DNA of 64,000 bases from Octopus sinensis (GCF_006345805.1 NC_043006.1:40610001-40674000), one strand, 5' to 3'; counted from the first letter of the stretch, positions 38,401 to 52,177 are shown. The notes: generated from the letters alone by a model not told the origin. A program made the numbers and translations.

Positions 38401-41400
38401 AAAGCAGAACGACACAGAAATGTATTCATCCTACAATCCAACGATGTCACTCACCTCCCAAAATAAATGTGTATTTACACAATCTAAGTGAAGAATTTTC
38501 TCTGTAACCAGCAAAGTATTTTATCTTGTCTGATTATACTCAAATATATTGGTTTGTGACTGATGCCAGTGCCGCCTGACTGGCACCTGCGCTGGTGTCA
38601 CATAGTAAGCACCATTCAAGCGTTGGTCAATGCCAGTGCTGCTTGACTGGCTCCTCATGCTGGTGGCTCGTAAAAAGCACCATCCAAACATGGTCGATGC
38701 CGCTCCCCCACCAACTGGCTCCTGTGCTGGTGGCACATAAAAAGCACCATCTGACATGGTCAATGCCTGTGTCACTTGACTGGCTCCTGTACCAGTGGCA
38801 CATAAAATGCATTATCTGAACATGATCAATGCCAGGCCCACCTGACTGGCACCTGTGCTGGTAGAACATAAAAAGCACCCACTACACTCTCGGAGTGGTT
38901 GCTGTTAGGAAAGGCATCCAGCTGTAGAAACCTTGCCAGATCAGATTGGAGCCTGGTGCAACCTACTGGCTTGCCTGTCCCCAGTCAAACCATCCAACCC
39001 ATGCCAGCATGGAAAACGGATGTTAAACAATGATGATGATATTAAACATTACTTGACATGAATCAACTAAATGTTCTTTTTAACTTGTTACAAACCTTTT
39101 CAGGGTTGACTCCAAGCATTTTATCTGCATTAATTGACAAAATGGTTTCATGCTTTTTCTAACTTTTTTTCTGTTTCACTTCAAAAGATGTGTGATTGAA
39201 CATGTTCTCAAGTGCTATACTGATGAAGTTGACGGTGCAACAGGTGAGACTATGTCTTTACTTGTTTTGTTTTTATTTTTTATTACATTTTATTCTTTAT
39301 ATTGAGGTATTTATATATAGGTGATGGCATGGCTATGTGGTTTTGTGTCCCATTGCATGGCACCTCGGGCAAATGTCTTCTACTTTAGCCCTGGGCTGAC
39401 CAATATCTTGCAAGTGAATTTGGTAGACAGAACCTGTCTGTGTGCACGCCATTGTATCTGTGTTTGTACCCCTCCCTACTTCTCAACAACTAGTATTGGC
39501 TTGTGTATGTCCCATTGTATCAATATATATATGTGTGTGTGTGTGTGTATATATATATGCATACATATAAGTATCAGTGTGTACGTATGTGTTTCTTTGT
39601 GCTTGTACCCTCCACTATTTGACAGTATGCCCTTCATTTTTAAGATCAAAAGATATGGTTAGTTAGGGAAGGAGTGATTTGGTTATTATTTCTAGCAAAT
39701 TTTACAATTTGACTCTTGTACCAGTATATTATTCCTAACCCCAGGTCAACTGATTGACCAGATCTAGGATCAAATGGCACCCCAGCCATGAACGTTTTGT
39801 CTCTTGTTTGGCGTTAGGAAGGGCATCCAGCTGTAGAAACACTGCCAGATCTGACTGGACTGGTGCAGCTTTCGGGCTCCCCAGACCCCAGTTGAACCGT
39901 CCAACCCATGCTAGCATGGAAGGCGGACGTTAAATGATGATGATGATGATGATGATGGACCTAAGAAGCATCAGATGTGGTGTGCGCTGGTATGGTCATG
40001 TGGTGAGAATGGATGAGGATAGCTGTGTGAAAAAGTGTCACACCCTAGCGGTTGAGGGAACCTATGGAAGAGATAGACCCAAGAAGCCCTGGGATGAGGT
40101 AGTGAAACATGACCTTCGAACATTAGGCCTCACTGAGGCAATGACTAGTGACTGAGACCTTTGGAAATATGCAGTGCGTGATAAGACCTGGCAAGCCAAG
40201 TGAGACCATAACCCGTGGCTTATGCCAGGGGTATAACCAGTCCACTTATGCATACCTTATCTTCATTGGACACTAAACTCTGCTTGCGAAGACCTGTTGA
40301 GTCAAGTGAAATTGAAATCAAATCAAATTCGATGACTGGCACCCGTGCCAGTGGAGCGCTAAGAGCACCATCCGAGTGTGATTGTTGCCAGAGCTGCTGA
40401 CTGGCTTCCGTGCCTGTGGCACGTAAAAATGCCAATGGCACATGAAAAAACATTCGAGCGAGGTGGTTGCCAGTGCCACTGGACTGGCTCCTGTGCAGGT
40501 GGCACGTAAAAAACACCATTTGAGCATGGCCGTTGCCAGTACTGCCTGACTGGCCCTTGTGCTGGCAGCACGTAAAAGCACCCACTACACTCTCAGAGTG
40601 GTTGGTGTTAGAAACTCTGCCAGATCAGATTGGAGCCTGGTGCAGCCATCTGGTTCGCCAGTTCTCAGTCAAATCGTCCAACCCATGCTAGCATGGAAAG
40701 CGGACGTTAAACGATGATGGTATATCTAGAAATCACATTAGATAATGTTTCCTTGAAGATTGTAGGGTGTAATTTGAGGGATAGTTCAATGTTATTTCTA
40801 GGCTGTTAACAACATAAAATAGCATTGTCATTCTAAAAAATAAACCCAAATACTCTACCTGTTTTATGTTCAGACTGGCCAGATCTGGCCTTTCACACTT
40901 ATCCTATAATGTCATTGTAAAAATTAACAATCTTATCATAAACATCTCAGTGCTGTAATTATTTATCAATTTGTAAATTTGTTTTCTCATTCTTTCAGGA
41001 AAGCTTTATAAATTGAGTGAAGATAAAGTCTGTGCCTTCTTCGCTGAGCTGACACTGAGGAATGCTGGGAAGGTAATGTATTTTAAACTGATTTCTTATC
41101 AAACACACATGCAAGTTAAGTGACTGTGTAATTGTATACTTTTTTTTTTTCTTTGTCAGTTCAACTTGGCTGAGTTCTTGGAAGTCTGGAAGCAGTGTGT
41201 TCCAGAAGGGATGACAACCAACCTAAGACAGACCGAAGTAAGTCACATGATTGTCATCATCATCATCACTGTTGTCATTGCTGTCATCATTATTATTGTC
41301 ACCATCATTATCATCATCAAGTTTTCCTTGCTCACACAGATTGTAATAATTTACCAGACCGTGGCCTGCCACATGAATTGACTTCAACAGTTTTCGTAGC

Positions 41401-44400
41401 ATTGTTGTGTCTTGTTTTAAGAAATTTGCTTTGTAATCATGAGGTTTCAGGTTCATTCCCACTGCATATTTCTCTTTATCTTGGGCCACCGTCTTTTACT
41501 TTTACCTCAGGTACACCCAAAATTTGTCAATGAAATTGCATTTGGCAGAAATTGTATGGATGTCCATCAGATGGAGTGTACCAGTAATTAAAAGGTTCAA
41601 TTTTGTTACACACTTTGTGTCCTGCTGATTCTGTCTACAAAGTGCATGAAGAATAACACTGTCTGTGGAATATTCAGTCACTTATATGCTAATTCAATGA
41701 ACAGCTTGTTCAGTTGATCAAACAACTGAACACTTGTGAGTGGAATTCCAAGAGCCATTTATTTTATTATTCCCTCTCTCTACCCACCTGTCACTTGCCT
41801 CTCTCTCTTGTGATTTAACCTGATCCTCTGTCCCTATTACTCTCATCTATTCTTCTGTCCTTACCCCCCTCACTTGCATCTTTACCTTTTAATGTCTTGA
41901 TGGTATCTCCTGACACCTCATCACCACCATCTTCTTTCCTTTTCCAGTTGGAGTAGCTATGTTTCTCCTCTATAGTAAAACACCTCTTCCTATCCCTGTA
42001 TCATATTCCCCCTTCTCAACACCTGGCATAAAGCCATCTCCCTCAGTGCTACAAACCCCTCAATCAAGGGATCTTCTCTTGCAAGTTACTTGGCAACCCT
42101 ACTAGTGCTGGTGCTGAATAAGCCATCCCAAAACACATTGGAGCTCAACATGGTCCTCTGACCAGTCGGATCCATTCAAATTGTTCTTCACTGACCCCAG
42201 TTGAACCGTTCAACCCATGCTAGCATGGAGAACGGACGCTAAATGATGATGATGATGATGTCAGCATGGAAGATAGATGCTAAATGATAATAGTGATGTG
42301 TTGAATTAGCCTGCAATATTGCAACTCTGAAAAATATCTCCACCCTATGGAATCGTTCCTCTGAGGTTTCAACACTTTCAGTACAGACTTCATTATTTCT
42401 TCATATGTTTTCTTACATCTTTAGGTTTGGATTAACACCCATCGAGGCCCTAAGCACTGAAATAATTTTGGTGCCCCCATAAAAGATTATGTAATTCAAA
42501 ATATAACAATAACAAACCATAAAATAAATTTGTATTTTTCAAAACGAAACAAAACAGTAAGAGGGAAAACAATGTTTATTTTTGTCTCCTTCCACTTTAT
42601 TTATATTTGAAAAGTTTCCTCCTACTTTTTTGAATTGCAAAGTCTTTGATTAGATCCTGAAAATCAATCTTAGGTAACACATCTGCATCTATACCTAGTA
42701 AAGATGAAGGCATCCCGAATATTATTTTAGCAAGTTTAAAGTGATTTCTTTTGTGCTGTCAACCATTTACCATTTCTGTGGTGCCTCTCTCCCTCCCTTG
42801 ATGCCCTAAGCACATGCTTATTTTGTTTAATAGCTAATCCAGCACTGCATGTTATATATATAAATCAGTGTCTAAATATTAGTTGCTTGCATTTATGTCT
42901 TTGATATCATTCTCAGAATTTGCTCTGGCACTACCCCTTTTAATGTGGGGTACCCATATTTCTCCTCCATAGCAAGACATATATGCTTGTCCCTCTGTCA
43001 TCGGGTCACCTCCCCATCTCAAACACTCTTTTTCCTTTATCTCCAGTTCTTTTTCTGTCTTGCAAGCTACTTGGCAGTATCATTAGTGCCAATAGCATGA
43101 AAAAAAGCATCCGGGTACACATAGTAAAGTGTTCAATTAATAAATTGTAATGTCTCTCTCCCTCTCTCTCCCAATCTGTATGTGTTTCTTTTTGCATATG
43201 CATGTGTATATGTTTGTCTCCAATGCCAAAATGTACTGTTGCCCAAAACATTCTGAATGTCCAGTCAGTCGAGCCAAATTGCCAGCACCCAAAACAGCAG
43301 TGCCCAATAGTCTCATTCTGCTTTCTAGTACATTTTTTGCATGGATTTTTAAAAATCTTTAAAATTTTCAATTTTTTGTCACTATACAGGGTATAGCTTT
43401 AGTGAGTAGGGAATCAAAACCAGAGGTTATATGGTACTTCTCTGCAGAAGACTTACCTGAAGATTTGGCAGAACGGTAAGTTCATATTTTCAATTAGTTT
43501 TTATAATTTAATTTTTACTAAATAAATTACTGCTGAAGTTGGCTGGTATCTTCTAACCATAGTAATTTTAAGTAGACTTTGAGAAATGAATGTATTTGCT
43601 AAGTACCGATGTACATGTTGTGCATGCTAACTATATCATCATCGTCGTCGTTTAATGTCCGTTTTCCATGCTGGCATCGGTTGGACGGTTCGACTGCGCA
43701 CTTGGAAGCCAGGCAGCTGCACCAGGCTCCAGTCTGATCTGGCAGTGTTTCTACAGCTGGATGCCATTCCTAATGCCAACCACTCCGAGAGTGTAGTGGG
43801 TGCTTTTTTATGTGCCATCAGTATGGGCCAGAGGGGGCTGGGATCGACCATGATCAGATGGTACTTTTTACGTGCCACTGGCACAGAAGCCAGTCAAGGC
43901 AGCGCTGGCATTGGCCACATTCGGGTGGTGCTTTTTACGTGCCTCCAGCAAGGGGGTCACAACTACAATTTCCATTTGAATGTGATTTGATTTGATTTTG
44001 ATGTACTTGACTCAATGGGTCTCCTCAAGCACGGCATATCGCCCTACGTTCCAAGGTACTTTTGAGTGGGCTGGTTATGCAGCACTGGTGTAGGTTACAA
44101 CTGTGAACTCACTTTATTTGCCGGGTCTTCTCTGTCACAGCATATCTGTATGTGAATGTATACATGTCGAAGTGAGTGTTTGTGATGTATACATGTTCAA
44201 TAATTAGTGTCACAGTGTGCCATGAGGTAACTGAAAGGGCATCCACCCATAATACATTGCTTCAGAAACCTGTTCAACTCATGGTAGCATGGAAAAGGGG
44301 TGTAAAGCCTGGATTATGAGATGTATATATTTCTTATATCTTGTTATTCCGAGTTGTCCTTCATTCTTGTAAAGTGAAAGCTGTGTGTAGATTCATAGTC

Positions 44401-47173
44401 TGTGGGTATTACTTTCTATGGTATTGTTTGGTTTTCTCCATAGGTAATCTAATTAGGCTCAGATAATGATTAGATAATTAGATAATCTAATCAGGCTCAG
44501 ATAATGTCAAGTTTTGGGATGTTCCGTGACATATATATTGATAATAAGTAAGTTATTATTCAATTTTTTAACAATGATGGATATTTGTCCTTATCTTGTT
44601 TGTTGTTAACACAACATTTTGACTGATATACCTGCCAGCCTTCATCAGGTGTCTTGGGAAAATTTTGAACCTGGATTCTCACCCCTAAGGTATTTTTCAA
44701 TGTTATTATCATTCAGGTCACTGCCTGGAATTGAACTCGGAATTTTGGGGTTAGTAGCCTACCCTCTTAACCACCAACGCCATATGCCCATGGGCATAAT
44801 AATAATAATAACATTAAAAAATACCTTAGGAATGAGAACCCAGTTTTGAAATTTCCCCAAGACATCTGATGAAGGCTGGAGGGTATATCAGCCAAAACGT
44901 GTTAACAACAAACAAGATGAGGACAAATATCTGTCAAATGTAAATAATGTACATAATTCCTCATCTCTTAAATATAGAACTGTATTATCAATTTTTTTTT
45001 AGTTCATTATGATATGTAGTTTATGCCTGAAGAATATGTTTGAGTATTTTTCAACATACGAAACTATTAGTAGTGTTTTAATACATGTACTGTGACCTTT
45101 AAATAAATAATATTTATCTTTCACCAGATGGAATACCTTTCTTTGTTGAATTTTCTATAATGGTGCAGCCTTCGCGCATGCCAGCCCAGTCAAACCATCC
45201 AACCCAACCCATGGACAATGGGCGTTAAATGATGATGATAAATAAAATAAAATTAATTATTGCTTCTTTATGCAGGTTTTCAATATTATTTCAAGCTCAG
45301 GGAAAATGGACCCTGGATGAGATTACACCTTATCTTAAGTAAGTAAACTGTATGACATTCTGTGTTCATTGATTGAAAAATATTATTTCTTATTTTATCA
45401 AATGGAAAAAACTGTTTTTAACCTGTTACATTTCAAATATTAATTCTCTTCATTATATTGCTAAGGGACAATATGGCCTTACTTATTTTCATAGTGGAGC
45501 AGTTATGGACAAACTACAGACCTGAGTTGCATGTGTAACGAATAATTATTTTGAATTTTCAGTAGCGGCACCAGTGCCACTCAAAAGCACCCAGCACACT
45601 GTGTTAAAGTGGTTGACCTTAGGAAGGGCATCCAGCTGTAGAAACCAAACCAGACTGGAACCTGGTGCAGCTTGCTGGCTCTGGTTAAACCATCCAACCC
45701 ATGCCAGCATGGAAAACAGATGTTAAATGATGATTATGATGATACATGTTTCATGCAGCCTGCTTCTTGAAACAAAAAAATGGTTGCCTCTACATGTAGT
45801 AGAGGAATTTGATCTTTGCTCAAAAACCACTAATGGTTACAGACTCATCAGTTACTAGTTATCTGGCTGTCCCCTTCATAGAAAGGTTCTTAGTTTGTAT
45901 CTTGTTCCCAGTGTTCAGTTCATCAGAATGAGATGAATGGGTGCATGTCTGGATGCTAGCCATTTGACACAGGTGACTGAACATTGAGCCTGTTTTGGTG
46001 ATTGCTTTCTTGCCAACAGTACCTTTTGGTACTAGACACACACTCACACACATATTCATTTTTATTATTCTTTCACTCATTGGACTGTAGCCATGCTTGA
46101 GCACCACCTCAAAGGGTTTTTGTTTAACAAATCTACTGCAGTACATAGGTTTTTTTTTTCTTTTCAAGTTTGGTACGTATTCTATCATTCTTTATTGCTG
46201 AACCACTAAGTTACATAATAAATAAACCAGGTGACGGGGGCCAAGGTTGTTGTGCAGTGGGACTGAACCCCAAGCCATCTGATTGCAAATAAGAAACTGT
46301 GTGGAAGCCCATTGTTTTTGTTTCATTACCCCCATCCCTCACCCCACCACTGCTTGACAACGTATGTTAGTTTGTTTATGTCAGCAGTTCAATAAAAATG
46401 ACCAATAGGATAAATCCCAGACTTAAAATAATACTAGGATCATTTTGTACAACCAAACCCGTGAAGGCATTGCTCCAGCATGGCTGCAGTCCAATAACTG
46501 AAAGAAGAGATAATAATCATTTTCTTGTTTTTTCCCTTTTATTCTTTTACTCTTTTCAGTCATTTGACTGTGGCCATGCTGGAGCACTGCCTTTTAGTTG
46601 AACAAATCAACTCCAGGACTTATTCTTTGTAAGCCTAGTACATATGCTATTGGTCTCTTTTGCCGAACTGCTAAGTTACGGGGACATAAACACACCAACA
46701 TCAGTTGTCAAGCAATGGTGTGTGTGTAGGGGACAAACACGCACGCACGCACACACACATACATATATATACACACACACACATATACATATTTTTTTAA
46801 TATATATACACATATATATTATATATACATACATACACATGTATATATATATATATGTAATGACGGGCTTCTTTCAGTTTCCATCTACCAAATCCACTCA
46901 CAAGGCTTTGGTTGGCCCAAGGCTATAATAGAAGACATTTGCCCAAGGTGTCATGCAGTGGCATGTGGTTGGGAAGCAAGCTTCTCGCCACATGGCCACT
47001 CCTGCAGCTATTTTTCTTTATTTCTATTTATTTTTCTGCTACTTTGTTTTTTCTTCTGTTTTAGGGACCTGGAGACTGGGAAACTAGATGTGAGCAGTAT
47101 GTTACTGAAATATGCACGTGCTTCTACGCAAAATGCACAGAAGATTTATACGTCACGAAAACCAGTTATCTGA
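24940..47173 (+). CDS. DSCC1: Sister chromatid cohesion protein DCC1 (Ctf18-RFC subunit), 399 aa; join(24940..24977,28800..28964,30227..30389,31961..32095,34603..34693,36375..36516,39188..39243,40999..41072,41160..41237,43390..43475,45276..45338,47065..47173)
   Basis: Twelve exons, all GT-AG and phase-consistent, totalling 1200 nt. Diagnostic peptides: VIRGDK..AVLCTEEKTYELKEAETSNSLL, YTTEDLLDIVQASE, GYWRMLDFDF, FNLAEFLEVWKQCVPEGM, EDLPED, KWTLDEITPYL, LLKYAR..IYTSRKP. Exon 1 (MAGQTNVAHVDLR) is inferred from its phase-2 donor and is the least certain exon. Confidence 0.93.
25416..26000 (+). mobile_element. Internally deleted maT/DD37D-like Tc1/mariner element, right end displaced by the RTE arrays
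   Basis: Residual transposase peptides KHPVNMMVFGVITSDGDVM and MTARIMAAFTNL.KETVLKSCRRF..HLVAVVEANGDFIE*; left end TA-rich GGGGTGCGATTGGTAAATTGTCACC. Confidence 0.6.
26160..27070. repeat. Minisatellite of ~61-bp monomers alternating A/B (~123-bp dimer), ~15 monomers, within an RTE 3' end on the minus strand
   Basis: Recurrent ACGAACGGA(T/C)GGTGCTTTTACGTG(C/T)CACCG(A/G)CACGG; the ORF track shows a 41-aa (123-nt) period. It is contiguous with the RTE tail at 26000-26160. Confidence 0.9.
27155..28285. repeat. 46-bp satellite, ~24 highly homogeneous copies, within an RTE 3' end on the plus strand
   Basis: Unit TGATGAATGTGCCAT(A/G)TAATAAGTGCTGGTGCCACATAAAAAGCAC; the ORF track shows a 46-aa (3x46 nt) period. 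It runs into a degenerate RTE tail (GTTGGTGTTAGGAATGGCATCAAGCTGTAGAAAC) at 28300-28450. Confidence 0.95.
29424..29642. mobile_element. piggyBac-type MITE family 2
   Basis: TTAA|CCCTTTTGATACC...GTAATGGAAGGG|TTAA; same body as the nested pair at 53715-54160. Confidence 0.8.
30823..31060 (+). mobile_element. Arm of the palindromic tRNA-head/hammerhead-like family (opposite-strand tail fragment at 30491-30563)
   Basis: TGGCATAGTGGTTAAG...AGTTCGATTCC head, (AAT)n, ATACCTTAGGAATGAGAACCCAGG, CTGCTGAAGGCTGGAGGGTATATCAGTCAAAA; same body as 44800-44984. Confidence 0.65.
33790..33918. repeat. Exact 64-bp tandem duplication
   Basis: TAAAATTAGTACTGGGGTCAATAATCC...TATGACCAG occurs at 33790 and 33854. Confidence 0.85.
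36531..37044 (+). mobile_element. Non-autonomous Helitron
   Basis: A|TCTATATATATAAAA 5' end, subterminal hairpin GCCCG-AGCAACGC-CGGGC (37016-37033), 3' CTAG|T; inserted between A and T with no TSD. Confidence 0.85.
38555..39040 (+). mobile_element. RTE 3'UTR fragment with ~5 degenerate ~65-bp modules
   Basis: Repeated CTGGCTCCTGTGCTGGTGGCACATAAAAAGCACC followed by the common tail. Similar fragments lie at 16975-17185(+), 31525-31850(-), 33225-33610(-), 36000-36320(-), 43635-43980(-) and 45560-45745(+). Confidence 0.75.
39958..40718 (+). mobile_element. 5'-truncated RTE-clade LINE: ORF2 C-terminus, 3'UTR with tandem modules, (GAT)n tail
   Basis: RWYGHVVRMDEDSCVKK...GRDRPKKPWDEVVKHDL..LGL is the RTE-type C-terminal motif. 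The 3'UTR has about 4 GTGGCACGTAAAAAGCAC modules and ends CCAACCCATGCTAGCATGGAAAGCGGACGTTAAACGATGATG. It is inserted directly behind another tail (39800-39957). Confidence 0.85.
44575..44984. mobile_element. Palindromic element: tRNA-like head(s) around a central palindrome, each arm with a decayed hammerhead-like motif, ending ...AGAACTG-TA
   Basis: The centre TATGCCCATGGGCATA is at 44783-44798. The left arm (minus strand) has A-box- and B-box-like words. Both arms carry CTGATGAAGGCTG...CAG(C/T)C-AAAA. Related copies lie at 30491-30563 plus 30823-31060 and at 54470-55045. Confidence 0.65.
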
Positions 47174-48100
47174 AAGTTGAAGATCAAAGCACAATGACAT
47201 TAATGTTTGATTGAATCTTTTAGCAAATGCTGTCCTGAACCCAAGAGATGACACAACAACATTGTATATAGACATACATACTTATATGTTTACAGTCCTA
47301 TAACCCTTTCACATTCAGATGACTTTATTTCCTCTTTTTTCTTTAATTAATCATGCATTGTCTCATAGCTTTGAGATGGTGATGATCGTCATCATCATCA
47401 TTGTTTAACATCTGCCTTCCATGCTGGCATGGGTTGGATGGTTTGACAGGAGCTGGCTAGGTAGGAGCCTGCACCAGACTCTTGTCTGTTTTGGCATGGT
47501 TTTTACAGCTGGATGCCCTTCCTGACACCTACCACCCTGCAGGGTGGACGGAGTGCTTTTTATGTGGCACACCCTACTGGGTGATTAGTGTTAGGAAGGG
47601 CATCCAGCTGTGATTGTTTATTTTTAAAATTACATTGTAGGGTAGGTATGAGAGGCTGGATCTGACCACTTTGAACATAAAACAAATGGAATCTTTGGGG
47701 CCAGTTTAGATGCTGAAGGGTGAAAATAGAGGATCAAGACAAAAATGATTTTAAGAAGTTCATTAAATTTTTTGTTTTATAATTTTATTTACTTTTCATT
47801 CTTTAAAAATATTTCTCATTTGAAAATCACAGTACAAAATATCCATTAGAATAATAATAGGAATAAAAAATTTCCTATTAAAAAACAAAACAATGAAATA
47901 GTGTGGTGTGTAACAGTCAGACGTTTTTTTTCTTTCTTTTTTTGTTTATTGAAGAAGGCGTAGGAGTGGCTGTGTGGTAAGTAGCTTGCTTACCAACCAC
48001 ATGGTTCGTGTGGCACCTTGTGCAAGTGTCTTCTATAGCCTTGGGCCGACCAAAGCCTTGTGAGTGGATTTGGTAGATGGAAACTGAAAGAAGCCCGTCG

Positions 48101-48139
<39 letters not shown>

Positions 48140-50262
48140 CTGTCTTTTTGCCCCCCCCCCTCCCTCCCCAACATCGCATGACAACCGATGGTGGTGTGTT
48201 TACGTCCCCATAATTTAGCAGTTTGGCTAAAGAGACCGATAGAATAAGTACTAGGCTTACAAAGAATAAGTCCTGGCATCAATTTGCTCAAGTAAAGTCG
48301 GTGCTCCAGCATGGCCGCAGTCAAATGACTGAAACAAGTGAAAGAGTAATTAACAATAAATGTGAAGGCAAGTGGATTAACTTTAAGCAAGAGTTGAAAA
48401 GAACCTTCAAATTTAATTTGTGAGAAACTTTCCTCTTGTTCCATACTGCACAGCACTGTACAGTAATTTCTTTTGACTTGGTGTGAGGCCAGTTTTTATT
48501 TTTTTGTTTATACTGTGAAGACACGTGGCTCAGTGGTGGTGGCAGGGTTTGCACACATGATCATAAGATCATGGTTTCAATTCCTGGACTGGGCCATGTG
48601 TTGTGTTCTTGAACAAAACATTTTATTTCATGTTGCTCCAGTTTCATTCAGCTGTAAGTGAATTCCAACAATAGCTGGGAAGTTTACCCTGTGACTGACC
48701 AGCATCTCATCTCATTCACTGGGAATGTTGCAATTTCAATTACATGCCATCGAAACTGGATTAAGCGCTAGCCTCACGAGTCCTGGGGCCCATGACAAAC
48801 CTAAGTATACAGAAGGGCATATTTCTTTCATTTGAATTTTACAAACTCCAGGAGTATCAGATGCAAAATCATTTCCAGAAATATTTTCATTCAAAACCTG
48901 GACCTGACCAGATCAGCCCAAACTAAACAAGGCTAGCAATTTACTGTTTTGCCTTCCTACTCTTTACTGCAATAATAAATACAATGATTTCTATTTAAAG
49001 GAGGAAGCAAAGAGTTGATTAATTCAACTTCAGTATATTACTGGTATTTATTTTTTTCTAACACTGAAATAATTTGGAAGTAGGAACAGGAAGCACCAAA
49101 CTAGACATTGTCAGGTACCTTAGTTCAATACATAAAAAAAATTTTTTTAAATCAGATTTTCCCCTCTTTTTTGTCGTCTTAGTAGAAGAAATAGTTATTT
49201 TTACCTTTAATTCTTCTATTCTAGATTAAACAACTTATCTGGTGACTATTTATTACATTGGAGAGGTAAAGTTATATTAGGGAGATGGGTTCGTTCCAAT
49301 TGTATTTTATATTTAATACTTCATAGGATGTTTATTTCTAAATTTTAGGAATTGTGAGTCTGGGAATTAATAAATGTCTTTTCCAATGATAAAATTTTTT
49401 AGATTCTCTAAAACGAAAACATTAGCAATTAATTAATGAACACTGGATTTAGAAATAGTGTCAAACTATTTTAATTAGAAAAGACAAAAAATAAACTGGC
49501 AGTAATTATTATTTAATTTTGAAATTAATTTCAAAGATGTGGTATTGTTAGAAAGAGATATAACCTAAGTACGGGAATGAAATTTGCTCGCAGGGTGCAA
49601 ACCCAGTTTTTCAGCATGATGTTCAAAGCATTTACACTGCTTCACAAATATTCTAGTGGGTGCATTTGCAACACCACCTTATAGAACTAACAAAGTTATA
49701 GTTACCAAACCAATGAGGGGAGCCTGCATATGGTGACTTGGTCTGCTAAAAATAGATCACAAATCTTCAAATTACACCATACCATCTTAAAAAGGGAAAG
49801 ACACATTATTAATGTGATCAAGGGATAGAATGTATTTGATCATAGATCTACCCAGTTTGGGCTCACTTGGGACTAAATAACAGGTATAGGCACTAAATTT
49901 ATTTTTAAAAAAAAGCCCAATCATATGTGACTTGTACTTCTATCTTTATGTAGTATTAGCTGAATAATGCAAATCTCGAATTTAGCCAATTTATTGTATT
50001 TCATTTTTTTAACAAATTTAAAAATTTTTTTGGCGCACACACACACACTTGTGCTCATATACACGTTCGTCATAAAAATGTATCTAAAGTATCAGTATAA
50101 AGAAAAGTTGTTGGGGGAATAGAATAACAAAACTCAACATTGACACAGTTAAATCTGAGATGAAACTCTCAGCTGCATCGTTGTCTTGAAATTTGTAAAT
50201 AATTCTTATAAGGAATGTGAAAGAATAATTTTTTATTTTATTTATTTATTTATTTATTTATT

Positions 50263-52177
50263 TTAGAAACTCTTCATTTCACAGTATTGCATTTTACCAT
50301 TTCGATACCAGTCAAATTTCCAAACAGCATGGTTTTCATGTTCTGTGACATACAAAGTTTTTGAACGTGGCTTGAAATGAATGTTGCTTGGTTTTACAAA
50401 AGGACATTTGATTCTTTGTATTGGATTTCCACCTTCTGAGTTGAAGACTTCTATGTGACCACTGCCCCAGTTGGCTACAAGTAGGTTGTTGTCGTTATCA
50501 AAGTCCATGCCATCTGCACCACCCTCATGATCACCTATTTGCAGAGAAAGAAAAGATGTAAGGAAAGATGATTCAGAGTTACTGGGTTAGCTAAAAGTCA
50601 CCCGACAGTAAATCAAAATTCCATAAATACTTAATATTCAAATTTATTCATTCATTTGGGAAAATGGTGTCGCTCAAGAAGGACTCCAGTTTGAACAATT
50701 TTCATGATGTTTCATATTTAGATGCTTTTATTCAATTCATTCATAAATAAATCTTGGAATTAAATGGTTTTTATTTACTGTCAGGTGACTTTTGGCCAAC
50801 CCTCTATTTAATGGGGTGGGAAGCATAGGTTTTGATAACACTTAAAAGATCACTGTACTGGAAAAGTTGAAAAAATATATACTAGAAGGATCTGAGTGTG
50901 GCTAAGGAGTAAGCTTTCTGAGTTTGTATTCTTGGGTTCAGTCCTATGGCACAGCTTCTTGGGTGAGTGTTTTCTACTATAACCCTATACCTATAAATAC
51001 ATTGTGAGTGGATTTTATACATGGAACTAAAAGGAGCCCATTGTGTGTATGTATATGTATATATATGTATGTATATATGTGTATATGTATGTATATATAT
51101 ATACATATATATATATATTGGGTAATCCTGTAAATATGTTGTCTTTTTTTTAATTGCATGAACCAAAAGTTGGAAGGTGACGGGATAAACTATCTACATC
51201 AACTTGCTATAAAAGCAGGTAGTAATTTCACCTTGTTCTTATATTTAGTGCAAGTTTTGAAGAGTGCAGTTTGATTTTAACAGTTATTTTTTCAAAGCTT
51301 TAATGGAAGTGACAAAGGAGCATATTCAGCATACTTTGCATGTATAATGAACCCTTTTTTGACAAAAATCTGGTTAAAATAATATGGGAGTTTCTTATAC
51401 ATGGATAGCATTATAATCCTTTCTAAATTTTAAGCCACAAATATTAGGGGGTTCTTTATACACCTTAAAATACTGTAATTGCACATTCCTGATATATTTT
51501 TATTCATAAAGAAATGAGTAAGTTATGTTTTGTATTCGTTATTGATGACAGAGTGACGAGTAGCTGAGTGATTAAGAAACTTGCTTGTGGTTTTGTGTTC
51601 AGCCAATTACATCAACTCCAGTGCTTGACTGGTACTTATTTTACTGACCCCAGAAGAAAGAAAGACAAGTCATCCTCAGCGGAATTTGAACTCAGAACAA
51701 AAAGATATGAAATGCTACAAAGCATTTTGTCAGGCATGCCTCCAATTCTGCCAGTTCGCTGACATAATAAAAATAATCCTTTCTACTAAAGGCACAAGGC
51801 CTGAAATTTTTGGGGAGGGGACTAATCGATTACATCGACCCCCAGCTCGGCACCTTAATAATAATAATAATAACAACAATAATAGTTAAGATGAAGAGTA
51901 CGATTTGATTGTAAGATATTTTATTGGTTGAACGATATTTCAACAGTAAGTCTGTCCAGTTCAAAATAAAAAGTGATCGTTCAATTAATAAAATATCTTA
52001 CAATCGAATGACTCTCTTTTACTGGTTTCAGTCATTTGACTTGGCCATGCTGGAGCACTGCCTTTAGTCAAGCAAATCGACCCCAGGACTTATTCTATGG
52101 GTCTCTTTTGCCGAACTGCTAATTTATGGAGACAAAAACACACCAGCACTGGTTGTCAAGCGATGTTGGGGGAACAA

